Assembly: GCA_046541875.1 (NCBI GenBank)
Contig: JBKHCL010000004.1
Location: 875-64,874, forward strand
DNA: 64,000 nucleotides
From: Phycisphaerae bacterium
GTDB lineage: Bacteria; Planctomycetota; Phycisphaerae; SM23-33
Direction of reading: 5' to 3'
The number at the start of each line of letters is the position of its first letter. Position 1 is the stretch's first letter. The notes beneath the pieces are model-generated. The model saw only the letters and a list, made by a program, of their open reading frames with translations, was not told where the DNA came from and did no database searches. The translations under genes were made by a program, and so were the position numbers. Positions 31,184 to 41,018 of this stretch are shown one piece after another.

Positions 31184-33771
31184 CGGCCCGCCCCGAACGC
31201 ACAAAGCCCCCAGCCGACGAAACCCGCGTACACTTTTCCGTCGGCCGACAGCAGCGGCGTGCTGACCGGCCCGAGCCAGTTCATCCCGCCGGGCACGAGA
31301 GGCTGCGATGCTTCCGGCTCCGCGGCGATCTGCCGGCGGCGGATCTCACCGTCCGGGCCGACGTACACCACCCGGTCGCCGACGATGAGCGGGGGCGACG
31401 CCGGCGAAGCCTTCGGGCCCGGGGTGGGCGTTCCGTTTTTCAGGTCCACGCGCACAAGGCGATGATCGGTGGACACGTACCACAACCCGCCGTCGTGCAG
31501 CGTGGCGGGGGAGGCAGCGCCCGGTCCCATGGCCGGCGGAGAGGCCGACGGGTTCGCGGGGTCCACAGCAAGCACCCCCCGGTCGGTGATCGCAAGGAGT
31601 CTCTGGTGATGGACGATCACGTCGAGCAGAGCGTCGGCTGATAGGGTCTTCCGCAGAAGTTCTTGGCCGGTGGGGCGGTCCAGCACGACCAGCGTGGGCG
31701 CCTGGTCGTCCACCGGACAGATGAGCATGCTTTCCAGCATCACCGGCGGGGCCGACAGTCGCCCGGGACTGGCCGTCCAGCGGGGTTGGCCTTCGAGCGT
31801 GAATCGGGTCAGCGACTGGGGGGATCGGACCTGGGCGAACAGCGCATCCTCGGATGCAATCGCGGTTCCGCCGGTGTTGGGGTCGGCCGGGATGGCCCGG
31901 ACGCGCTTGCCCTGGTGGTCGAGAATGACCAGCTCCCGCCCGAGGTCGCCGGGTCGGCCGGTGACCATCGCCACGCGCCACAGTTCGCCTTCGGGCGTTC
32001 CGACCGCCACCGGGGCGGAGAACACGCCGAGCGTCGCCGGGTACCGCCACAAGACATCGAAGCCGGTAGGCGTGGGAGTCAGGCACGCCAGACCATTGGC
32101 GTCGTGGAGATTTGCCAGCGGTGCGAGAATGTGTTTGCCGAGAATCGCCGGTGAGGCGCCGACGGCCGACCGGGTGGCCGAGCCGTCCTGGTCGAGGGGG
32201 AACTGTCCGAGGAACTCCGCGGAGGGAGGCAGTCTCACGTCGTCGGCAGAGCCCTGCAGGCGACCGCCGCGGGCACTGCTCCAGAGCGGTCGGGTGGGTG
32301 TTCCGGGCTCGCCGACGCAGACGACCCCGTCGGACTGCGTGCCCAGGTACGCCCGCCCGCGGGCGATGGCGGGCGAGGAGATGTACCCGAACTGGTTTGC
32401 CCCGGGGACGTTGCCCACGGTTCGTTCCCAGACGGGTCGGCCGGTGCGGGTGTCGAATGCCTGCAGCACGCCCGAGGTGGACAGCACGTACACCGTCCGT
32501 TCCGCGACGGCGGGCGAGGTGAGAATCTCGGACCCGGTGGCGTGTTTGCGCAGGAGTTGTCCGTCGGTGGTGAGCACGAACAGCTCGCCGTTCCGGCAGC
32601 CCGCATACACCTTGCCCCGCGCGACGGCCGGCGAGCCGAGAACCGTGTCCGGCAGGTCGTAAGTCCAATCGATCGAGAACGTTTCGAGATCCACCCGGAC
32701 GAGCTTGCCGCCGGTGGGCAGTTCGAGCTGGTCGGCCGTCATGGCAAAATCGCCGTTGCCGCAACCGACGTAGAGCTTGCCGTCCACGATCGCCGGCGGG
32801 CTGAACACCGGATAGGGCATCTCGATGCGGCGCAGCTCTTTGCCGGTGTCGGCGTCGAACTCCACCAGGGCCTTTCCATCGTTGCCCAGTCCGGCATAGA
32901 AGCGGTCGCCGGCGGCGACGATGGACGTTTCGGCGTCGAGATAGTCCTCGCCCTGGCGATGCCAGAGGATTTTCGCATTGCCCGCCCCGTCTCCGGCCAA
33001 TGCGAAACAGTAGAACCCTCCTTTGTCGCCGGCGCCGACGTAGACCTTCCCGTCGTGGATCACCGGGGTGCTCTCGACGTGGGATCGGGTGCGGTAGCTC
33101 CAGAGGATCTCGCCCTCGCGGCCTGGGGTCAGCGAGAGGCAGATGATCCGGGCGTCGGTGGTGGTGTGCAGCCCTTCGCCCACGACGAGGTACTCGCCCT
33201 GGATCGCCGGGGACGAGAAGGTGGCGTCGTAGTTTTCCGGGCGGGTTTTCCACGCCAGCTCGCCCGTGTCGGCGTTGAGGCAGACGATTTCGCCGCGACC
33301 TCGGCCGATACGGATCGCCGCGGTGGTGAAGTACACGCGATTTCCCACCACCGCCGGCGAGGAGAGGTAGGCTTCGTCGCCGCTTGTGTATCGCCAGCGA
33401 ATGCCCCCACTGGTGGGCTCGGGCTCGCCGGGGACCGCGCCGGTCCGGGCGAGGTTTCCGCGGAATACGGGCCAATCGCGACCTTCCTCGGCTGGGCCTG
33501 CGCCGGTGCGTTCTGTCCGCGAGGCGGGAAAGACGCTCGCCAGGGCGTACCACCCGCCGACCACGATCACGGCGACCACCGCCACCTGCAGCTTCAGCCG
33601 CCACAGCAGCCGAAGCATCGCCTTGACCGCCGAGGGACGCAGCAGCGAGAGAAGCGTGGAGAATACCGCGATGGCGATTGCCGGGAGCATGGCCAGTAGC
33701 ACCTGCAGCGGGCCGATGAGCACCGGCACGACGCCCAGGGTTGAACCGAGTCCAATGGTCATGATCGGCAA
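31180..33771 (-). CDS. Membrane-anchored PQQ-like beta-propeller repeat protein
   Basis: Three N-terminal TM helices, then more than 12 PQQ/BamB-type blades (GELAWKT, GKVYVG, GRPVWER, ...); 863 aa. Confidence 0.8.
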   Translation of the reverse strand: MPIMTIGLGSTLGVVPVLIGPLQVLLAMLPAIAIAVFSTLLSLLRPSAVKAMLRLLWRLKLQVAVVAVIVVGGWYALASVFPASRTERTGAGPAEEGRDWPVFRGNLARTGAVPGEPEPTSGGIRWRYTSGDEAYLSSPAVVGNRVYFTTAAIRIGRGRGEIVCLNADTGELAWKTRPENYDATFSSPAIQGEYLVVGEGLHTTTDARIICLSLTPGREGEILWSYRTRSHVESTPVIHDGKVYVGAGDKGGFYCFALAGDGAGNAKILWHRQGEDYLDAETSIVAAGDRFYAGLGNDGKALVEFDADTGKELRRIEMPYPVFSPPAIVDGKLYVGCGNGDFAMTADQLELPTGGKLVRVDLETFSIDWTYDLPDTVLGSPAVARGKVYAGCRNGELFVLTTDGQLLRKHATGSEILTSPAVAERTVYVLSTSGVLQAFDTRTGRPVWERTVGNVPGANQFGYISSPAIARGRAYLGTQSDGVVCVGEPGTPTRPLWSSARGGRLQGSADDVRLPPSAEFLGQFPLDQDGSATRSAVGASPAILGKHILAPLANLHDANGLACLTPTPTGFDVLWRYPATLGVFSAPVAVGTPEGELWRVAMVTGRPGDLGRELVILDHQGKRVRAIPADPNTGGTAIASEDALFAQVRSPQSLTRFTLEGQPRWTASPGRLSAPPVMLESMLICPVDDQAPTLVVLDRPTGQELLRKTLSADALLDVIVHHQRLLAITDRGVLAVDPANPSASPPAMGPGAASPATLHDGGLWYVSTDHRLVRVDLKNGTPTPGPKASPASPPLIVGDRVVYVGPDGEIRRRQIAAEPEASQPLVPGGMNWLGPVSTPLLSADGKVYAGFVGWGLCAFGAGR

Positions 33772-34092
33772 GTCTGCTCCTTTCCGGTCCGGGACGCTCG
33801 GACAGCTGCCCTTCGGTTGCGCTATCTCCTCAGCTCAACCGCGTCCCATGCAGGTGCAACCACGACGCCCGCCGATGGTATCGCCCGGAAGGCTGAGAGT
33901 GAAGGGATTGCAGCAGACCGGCCGGGGCGCTGCGATAGGGAGTGGCGCCTCTGAGGCGGTGCGGTGTTCGGTTCGTCGTGTTCCGCCCGCAACAGGTTGC
34001 GAGCCCTATGCGTTGCGATAGGTCGTTCGTCGCTTCGGGTGGGCGCTATACTTCGGGCGAAGTCTCCAAGCCGGGCCGTCAGCGGAGTCGCC

Positions 34093-35808
34093 ATGGAAAA
34101 CGCACAGATCGCCGACATTTTCGAGGAAATCTCCGACCTGCTGGAGCTCAAGGACGCCAACGAGTTCCGCATCCGATCGTATCAGAACGCCGCCCGGAGC
34201 ATCCGGGACATGTCCCAGCGGCTGGCAGACCTGGCCGAGGAAGGCGAGGACCTCTCCGAGCTGCCCAATATCGGCGAGAAGACGGCAGAGAAGATCCACG
34301 AGATTCTTGAGAAGGGCACCTGCCGACGGCTGGAGGATCTGCGAGACGAGTTGCCCCAGGCCCTGACGGAGGTGATGAAGGTGCCCGGCGTGGGGCCTCG
34401 CAAGGCGATGAAAATCCACAGGGAACTCGACGTGGATGACCTGGACGACCTCCGCCAGGCCTGCCGGGACGGCAAGGTTCGCACGCTGGAGGGGTTCGGC
34501 GAGAAGACCGAGGAGAAGATCCTCGACGGGATCAAGACGCTGGAAACCACGGCCGGCCGGGTGTCGCTCAAGGAGGCCGGCGACCACGTGAGGTCGCTGA
34601 GCGAATGGCTGGACGGCGTGGACGAGGTGGATCGTTACGAGGTGGCGGGCAGTTTTCGGCGTCGCAAGGAGACGGTGGGCGACCTGGACATTCTCATCCA
34701 GGCGTCGGATCGGAAGGCTGCCGGCGAGGCGATTGTCGAGTTCGAGGGCATCTCGAACGTCGACAGCCACGGGGCCGAGAAGATCACGGTGCATCTCACC
34801 GGTGGGCTGCAGGTGGATTTCCGTTTCTTCGAGCCGCGGAATTTCGGGGCTGCCCTGATGTACTTCACCGGTTCCAAGGCGCACAACATCCATCTGCGTA
34901 AGATCGCCGTCGACCGCGGCTGGAAGCTCAACGAGTACGGCCTGTTCAAGGACGACGACCTGCTGGCCGGCAAGGATGAGGAAGCGATGTACCATCGGCT
35001 GAACCTGGCGTGGGTGCCCCCCGAGATGCGCGAAGACCGCGGCGAGGTGGACGCCGCCGCCGAGGACAGGCTGCCCGAGTTGATCGAGCACGACGAGGTC
35101 CGCGGCGATCTGCAATGTCACACCACCGCTTCGGACGGCAATAACAGTATCGAGGAGATGGCCCGCTCGGCGAAGGATTTCGGGTTCAGCTACCTGGCGA
35201 TCACCGACCACTCCAAGCGTGTGACGATGGCCCGGGGGCTGGACAACGACAAATGTCGCAAGCACGCCGAGGAGATCCGCAAGATGGACGGCAAGCTGGA
35301 CCGCTTCTGGCTGCTGGCGGGCGTGGAGGTGGACATCCTCAAGAGCGGAAAGCTGGACCTCGACGAGGACGTACTGGCGGAGTTGGATTGGGTGATCGCC
35401 TCGATCCACTATGACCGGAACCTCTCCGAGGAGAAGATGACCGAGCGGTATCTCTCGGCCATCCGGTCGGGCGTGGTACACGCGATTGCCCATCCGCTGG
35501 GGCGGATTGTCGGCAAGCGCGAGGCGATGGCCATCCACTTCGAGAAGGTCGCCGAGGCATGCGCCGAGCACGACGTGCTGCTGGAGATCAACGCCCAGCC
35601 CGATCGGCTGGACCTGCCGGACACCTACGTGCAGCAGGCCCGCGAGATGGGTTGTTCGTTCAGCTTCGGGACCGACGCCCACAAGACCGACGCGTTCGAT
35701 TTCCTGCGGTACGCCACGGACGTGGCCCGTCGGGGCTGGCTGGAGGCGGGCGACGTGGTCAACACGTTGACGATTCCCAGGCTCCGCAGGCGTCTCCGGC
35801 GAAAGTGA
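34093..35808 (+). CDS. DNA polymerase X family with C-terminal PHP phosphoesterase domain (PolX)
   Basis: HhH (LPNIGEKTAEKIHEIL), pol-beta palm GSFRRRKETVGDLDILI, PHP motifs CHTTASDG, IAITDHS, SIHYDRN, GTDAH. Confidence 0.9.
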   Translation: MENAQIADIFEEISDLLELKDANEFRIRSYQNAARSIRDMSQRLADLAEEGEDLSELPNIGEKTAEKIHEILEKGTCRRLEDLRDELPQALTEVMKVPGVGPRKAMKIHRELDVDDLDDLRQACRDGKVRTLEGFGEKTEEKILDGIKTLETTAGRVSLKEAGDHVRSLSEWLDGVDEVDRYEVAGSFRRRKETVGDLDILIQASDRKAAGEAIVEFEGISNVDSHGAEKITVHLTGGLQVDFRFFEPRNFGAALMYFTGSKAHNIHLRKIAVDRGWKLNEYGLFKDDDLLAGKDEEAMYHRLNLAWVPPEMREDRGEVDAAAEDRLPELIEHDEVRGDLQCHTTASDGNNSIEEMARSAKDFGFSYLAITDHSKRVTMARGLDNDKCRKHAEEIRKMDGKLDRFWLLAGVEVDILKSGKLDLDEDVLAELDWVIASIHYDRNLSEEKMTERYLSAIRSGVVHAIAHPLGRIVGKREAMAIHFEKVAEACAEHDVLLEINAQPDRLDLPDTYVQQAREMGCSFSFGTDAHKTDAFDFLRYATDVARRGWLEAGDVVNTLTIPRLRRRLRRK

Positions 35809-35885
35809 GGCCGCGCAAAGAACAGCCGCCCGGCAGGCCGATGTGACCCGCCGGGCGGCGTGAAGGTTTCAGCGCTACGGGCCTG

Positions 35886-37166
35886 TTACTCCAGCGAGTA
35901 CCCGTCGCGATAGTCGTAGTGGAGCATGTCGTTGGCTTCGGGGACGTTGGTGACCTTCTCGTTTTCGGCGTCCCACTCCAGGCGTTTGCCCAGTTTCAGC
36001 GAGATGTTCGCCAGGTGAGCGAACGTCGTGGACCGGTGGGCCTCCTCGAGAGGGCACAGCGGCGTTTCGCGCGTCTGGACGCACCGGAGGAAGTCGTCGA
36101 TGAGGTTCTGCGTCGAGTCTTCCTTGATCGCCAGATCGCCGTAGGCTTCCTCGCCGCCCATTTCGCCGGATTCTTCCTTGATCATCGGGTCCCACTTCTG
36201 GAACTGTCCCGGCTTGGTGGGGGTGATGGAGTATTTGTTCTGATCCACCCGCAGCGTTCCCTTGGACCCGCAGAGCATGACCTCGCCGTCCTTGACGCGG
36301 TTGGCGCCGGACGCTTCGTTCACGTCGAAATGAATGATCATCCCGTTGGGCATCTCGAAGAGCACCGCCATCGTGTCCGGAATGGTGCGATCGTCGTCGA
36401 CCGTCGTCTTCGACCCGACGGCCGTCACGGCCACCGGGGCGGTCTGGTCGGTCATCCAGCGGATCACGTCCATGTAGTGGACGCCCCAGTTGCCCATCTG
36501 CGAGGAGAAATCGCTCCACCAGCGGAAGAAGTAGGGGGCAAGGTTGTACTGGTAAGGCCGCTCCGGTCGCGGGCCCACCCATTTGTCCCAGTCGAGGTTC
36601 GCCGGCGGGTCGGCGGGTTGCTGATTGCCGATTCCGTTGGGGAACATCACGCTGTTGTGGGCGGCGTAGGCAGCCTTGACGTCGCCGAGCTTCCCGCCAC
36701 GGACGTCTTCGACCATCTTCTTATAGATCGTCGAGCCGCGACGGTTCAGGCAGACTCCCGCGATGCGGTCGGTCTCGCTCTGGACATCCACCATGCGTCG
36801 GCCTTCCTTGATGGTGATCGTCAGGGGCTTCTCGACGAACACGTCCTTGCCGGCGCGGAAGGCGTCGATGGTCTGAATCGCGTGCCAGTGGTCCGGCGTG
36901 GCGATCACCACCGCGTCGACGTTCTCATCGGCCAACAGGTCCTTGTGATCGGTGTACGTCGCGACCTCACCGAGGTCTTCGCCCATCGGGGGGACCTTGC
37001 CGATGTCCTTGTATTCCTGATCGATGTCATCGGGGTTTCGCGTGAGGTAGGGCTTGTAGACGTCGCAGAGAGCCACCACTTCGCAGTCGTCATTCTTCCG
37101 GAAATTGTTCATCAGCAACGTGCCGCGATTGCCCACGCCGATGAATCCCATTCGAACCTTCGCCAT
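35886..37166 (-). CDS. Gfo/Idh/MocA family NAD(P)-dependent oxidoreductase
   Basis: Rossmann start MAKVRMGFIGVGNRG with AGGAGAA Shine-Dalgarno; C-terminal GFO_IDH_MocA alpha/beta domain. Confidence 0.85.
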   Translation of the reverse strand: MAKVRMGFIGVGNRGTLLMNNFRKNDDCEVVALCDVYKPYLTRNPDDIDQEYKDIGKVPPMGEDLGEVATYTDHKDLLADENVDAVVIATPDHWHAIQTIDAFRAGKDVFVEKPLTITIKEGRRMVDVQSETDRIAGVCLNRRGSTIYKKMVEDVRGGKLGDVKAAYAAHNSVMFPNGIGNQQPADPPANLDWDKWVGPRPERPYQYNLAPYFFRWWSDFSSQMGNWGVHYMDVIRWMTDQTAPVAVTAVGSKTTVDDDRTIPDTMAVLFEMPNGMIIHFDVNEASGANRVKDGEVMLCGSKGTLRVDQNKYSITPTKPGQFQKWDPMIKEESGEMGGEEAYGDLAIKEDSTQNLIDDFLRCVQTRETPLCPLEEAHRSTTFAHLANISLKLGKRLEWDAENEKVTNVPEANDMLHYDYRDGYSLE

Positions 37167-37468
37167 CGTTTTCTCCTGTCTTCTGGGATGCTCATGGTCA
37201 CGCCGATCGGCAGGCGACCGACGCAACATGGTAAGATGCGACAGATTCCGGGAGATTGAAAGCAAAATTGCCAAAGAATGCGTCGAATCCCATGAAATGA
37301 CAAAAGATTTCCGCCGCGGATCGTGGATTCAGCTAAAAACGGTGCCTCGCCGGTCAGGTGTGGCATTTTGAGATAAGAACGGCCCATTCTGCCGCGACGG
37401 GGGTTATAAAAGGTGTCGGCCCGCCCAGGGCCGTTGGACTCTCGCACCGAACCGAAAGGACCCTGTTC

Positions 37469-39325
37469 ATGATCCGCTGCACTCCGTTGCTTTTGGTTGT
37501 CGCACTTTCAGGATTGGTCGCCGGCGCCGCGCTGGCCGAGGGGCCCATCGAGGGCTGCTCCGTTCATCGCCCCACGGGCGAGTATGCCCTGGTCACACTC
37601 CGCTTCGACGTGCCCGGCGCCGCCAGGACGCACGAGAAGTACGCCAAGTGGACCTACATGGGCGGAATGCGCGACGGCAGGATGACTATCGCTCACGGGA
37701 TCGGGCTCTACGGGGGCGGAACGCTCACGCTCACCGACGGCAAGCTCACCGGGACCTTCAAGCACACCCGAAAGGTCCACAAGCGGCGCGGCCCGATCAT
37801 GACCGTGGTCGTCGACGCTGTCGTTACAGACGGCAAGATCACCGGCAAGGCCACCATCGACGGTCACGATGGCACGGTCAACGGAACGGTGACCGCCGCC
37901 GAGCAGCTCGCCAAGACCAACGACATCCCGGACGACGTCGATTGGCCGGCGTTTCTCGGGCCTATCGCCGGCGGGGCCGCTGCGGAGCCCACCGGCGTGG
38001 AGCTGATCGAGTCCGAGAAGGGGTTCGAGTTGAGGTGGGTTCCCGAGGAGATCGATATCGGGCAGGGGATCGGTTCGATCTCCCGATACATGCACAAGTG
38101 GAACGACGCCAGCGGTCGACGGACCTGCTCGGGCTCGACATCGCCCATCGCGGGCGATGGCAAGGTGTACCTGAGCTACTACGTGCCCAGCCCGGCGGAG
38201 GCCCCGTCCGAGAAGACGCTCCAGGAGATGGCGAAAGATGCCGGAACGGCGGCCGACAAGCTGCCTCGCTACGCCCTGGAGAAGATCTATCCGAAGGTCG
38301 ACGATATCGTGCTTTGCATGGATGCCGAAACCGGCCGGACGATCTGGAAGGCGACGATGGTCGCCCGCGGGCGCAACCATCAGCACCACAAGGAAGGGCC
38401 CTTCAACATGACTCCCGGCCTGGGCGGCGGGCGCGTGTTCGCCATCGGCATGTCGGGCTCGCTCTACGCCTTCGACGCCAAGACGGGCAAGCCGCTCTGG
38501 GAGACGCCCCTGAAGAACGGGCGGAGAAACCTCTACAGTTCCACCGCCCTGGTCGGGCGGAAGGTGGTCGTCGTGCCCATGCAGGGCCGCTGGGCAGGGC
38601 TGGACACGAAGACCGGCAAGGTCGTATGGCAGTCCGATGTCCGCCATGAGCACGTCACGCTCGCGCTCTACCCCGCCGGCGGGAAGGACTACTTCATCGG
38701 CGGCGCCGGCGATCAGATCGTCTGCATCGACGGCGCCGACGGGAAAACCGTCTGGACTCTCGACGCCAAGGTCCTCTCTCACGGCCGAGGGTTCGGGTCG
38801 GGGGGAATCAGCATTCACGGCGAGACGTTGCTGACGTATCTGCAGGAGGGCGGCAGGAAGGACTTTACGCCCTACTGCGCCGCGTGGCAGCTCGACGGGG
38901 CGACCAAGCCGAAACAGTTGTGGAAGGTGTCGGTCAAGGGCTCCAACGCCGAGCACGTTCCGGTGGTGATTCGCGGGAAGTACGTGTTCACCGGCGACCT
39001 GAGTTGTTGGGACATCGAGACCGGTAAGAAGCTCGACCAGACCGAGGGCGTCAAGCCCGGCAACGGCGGCTATATGCAGGGCATGGAGGATACGGTTCTG
39101 GTCCGTCGGGACGGCACGCACGGGCAGATCGAGATCGCACTGTATCGGATCGGTGCGGACGGGAAGATCACCACCGTCACGCCCAAGGGCAAATCATGGT
39201 GGCCGACGTATGGCGCCGGGACGACCACTTACCACCACGCGCTGATGTACCCGCTGCTGGACGGCCGGGTTTATCTGCGGCAGGCGGACGGGGTGTACTG
39301 CTGGGACATGCGGAAGAAGAAGTGA
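37469..39325 (+). CDS. Secreted PQQ-like beta-propeller repeat protein
   Basis: Signal peptide MIRCTPLLLVVALSGLVAGAALA; blades GSLYAFDAKTGKPLWET, GKVVWQSDV, GDQIVCIDGADGKTVWTL. Confidence 0.75.
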   Translation: MIRCTPLLLVVALSGLVAGAALAEGPIEGCSVHRPTGEYALVTLRFDVPGAARTHEKYAKWTYMGGMRDGRMTIAHGIGLYGGGTLTLTDGKLTGTFKHTRKVHKRRGPIMTVVVDAVVTDGKITGKATIDGHDGTVNGTVTAAEQLAKTNDIPDDVDWPAFLGPIAGGAAAEPTGVELIESEKGFELRWVPEEIDIGQGIGSISRYMHKWNDASGRRTCSGSTSPIAGDGKVYLSYYVPSPAEAPSEKTLQEMAKDAGTAADKLPRYALEKIYPKVDDIVLCMDAETGRTIWKATMVARGRNHQHHKEGPFNMTPGLGGGRVFAIGMSGSLYAFDAKTGKPLWETPLKNGRRNLYSSTALVGRKVVVVPMQGRWAGLDTKTGKVVWQSDVRHEHVTLALYPAGGKDYFIGGAGDQIVCIDGADGKTVWTLDAKVLSHGRGFGSGGISIHGETLLTYLQEGGRKDFTPYCAAWQLDGATKPKQLWKVSVKGSNAEHVPVVIRGKYVFTGDLSCWDIETGKKLDQTEGVKPGNGGYMQGMEDTVLVRRDGTHGQIEIALYRIGADGKITTVTPKGKSWWPTYGAGTTTYHHALMYPLLDGRVYLRQADGVYCWDMRKKK

Positions 39326-39736
39326 CAGCGGCAAAGCGGTCTTGGATTGATCCCAGTTGTTCCGCCTGCCTGCCGGCAGCAGGCCCCCAACAAGTTGAGG
39401 GCGCCCGAGAACACTGGGTGCCCGGGTTTGTGCAGCGAGCCTGAGCGAGCTGAGCAGCCCGGCTGGTTGGAATTGCGTTCCATGCTTGGATTGGCAGTGT
39501 CGCGGCGGCCGGGTTGCTCCGTTCCTCCCTCGCAGGCTCGGTCAGAACGGCACAAGCCCGGGGGCCCTTGAGAGAGGCTTCGACCCGGCGCACAATCAAT
39601 CGCCCGATCGTCAACGTTCCGCCCTCAACGAGTTGCGGGCCCTACGGCCCAGGCCACGAAAAACTCTCCGAGGAAGCCCCCACCGTCAGGTGGGGGATGT
39701 AGGCATCTCGTAGCTGGGGCTGCGTCCGTCGCTTCG

Positions 39737-39750
39737 TGAAATGTTTCACA
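39737..39750 (+). promoter_or_regulatory. Perfect 14-bp palindrome GTGAAATGTTTCAC (CRP/FNR-family-type operator) upstream of hydE
   Basis: GTGAA-N4-TTCAC, 5+4+5 geometry identical to FNR/CRP-family sites; about 40 nt upstream of a TACAAT -10-like hexamer (39790-39795) and 144 nt upstream of the hydE ATG. Confidence 0.35.
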
Positions 39751-39893
39751 ATCTCGGGGTCTCCCGCGAAATTGTCGCCCCGGCGCGGTACAATGACCTG
39801 CGCGCCGCGGGCCCGCGCGTGTTGTTCGGTGCGGCTGGACCGCGGCAGGCGAGCGAGGACCATCCGCAAAGACCAAGGAAGAAAGCACACCCC

Positions 39894-40976
39894 ATGGCTG
39901 TGACGTTTGAGGAGATCATCGGTTGGCTTCGCGAGGACGACCCGGCCAGGCTCGAAGAACTCTGGGCCCGGGCCGACCGCGTCCGCCGCGAGAACGTCGG
40001 CGACGAGGTCCATTTGCGCGGGCTCATCGAGATCTCCAACATCTGCATCCGTCGCTGCGGCTATTGTGGCCTGCGGGCGGACAACACCGCCCTGGAGCGG
40101 TATCGCATGTCCGCCCACGAGGTCAAGCAGTGCGCCGAGGACACCGTCCGCTACGGCTATGGGACGGTCGTGATTCAGGCCGGCGAGGACGTGAACATTA
40201 CCTGCGACTGGATGGCCGACATCGTCCGGTGGATCAAGGCTCACACGCCGCTTGCGGTCACGCTCAGCCTCGGTGAGCGGAGCGAGGAGGAGCTTGCCAC
40301 CTGGCGAGAGGCCGGCGCCGACCGCTATCTGTTGCGGTTCGAGACGAGCAATCGCGCGCTGTTCGACCGCATTCATCCGCCCGCCCCGGGCAGTGAAAGC
40401 TGCGACCGTTTCGCCGTGCTGCGATCGCTGAAGAAGCTCGGCTACGAGGTGGGCTCGGGCGTGATGATCGGCATTCCGGGCCAGTCGTACGCGGACCTGG
40501 CGCGGAGCATCGAACTGTTCTCCGAGCTGGACCTGGATATGATCGGCGTGGGCCCGTACATCGCCCATCCGTCGACACCGCTGGGTCAGGAGCCGCCGCG
40601 AGACTCGCCCGACCAGGTGCCCAACACCGAGGCCATGACGTACAAGGTTCTCGCCCTGACGCGCCTGGCGTGTCCCCAAGCGAACATTCCGTCCACCACG
40701 GCCCTGGCGACGCTGAACCTCGCCCAGGGGCGCGAGCTGGGGCTGGAGCGCGGGGCGAACGTCTGCATGCCGAACGTCACGCCGCGGAAGTACCGCGCGA
40801 TGTACGAGATTTACCCCGCCAAGGCGTGCATCAATGACGACGCCGGCAAGTGCCACTCCTGCATGCGGGCACGGATCGAGTCCATCGGCCGATCGGTGGG
40901 GCAGGGGCGCGGCGACTCGCCGAACTACCTCGAATCGAGCGACGAACAAACTCCCGCGGACCAGCCGGCGGAATAG
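39894..40976 (+). CDS. hydE: [FeFe]-hydrogenase H-cluster radical SAM maturase HydE
   Basis: EISNICIRRCGYCGLRADN (CX3CX2C), RYRM, AVTLSLGE, AGADRYLLRFET, NIPSTTA, GANVCMPNVTP..YR.MYEIYPAK: block-by-block match to characterised HydE. Confidence 0.85.
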   Translation: MAVTFEEIIGWLREDDPARLEELWARADRVRRENVGDEVHLRGLIEISNICIRRCGYCGLRADNTALERYRMSAHEVKQCAEDTVRYGYGTVVIQAGEDVNITCDWMADIVRWIKAHTPLAVTLSLGERSEEELATWREAGADRYLLRFETSNRALFDRIHPPAPGSESCDRFAVLRSLKKLGYEVGSGVMIGIPGQSYADLARSIELFSELDLDMIGVGPYIAHPSTPLGQEPPRDSPDQVPNTEAMTYKVLALTRLACPQANIPSTTALATLNLAQGRELGLERGANVCMPNVTPRKYRAMYEIYPAKACINDDAGKCHSCMRARIESIGRSVGQGRGDSPNYLESSDEQTPADQPAE

Positions 40977-41018
40977 GTCGACTTTGCGGGGGTTCACACA
41001 TCAGGAAGGCAGAGACTT

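Noticed and set aside
37140-37160. GGTTCGAATGG resembling a tRNA T-arm
   Set aside because: It lies inside the Gfo/Idh/MocA start region (MAKVRMG) and has no acceptor or anticodon arm context. No tRNA genes were found in the window.
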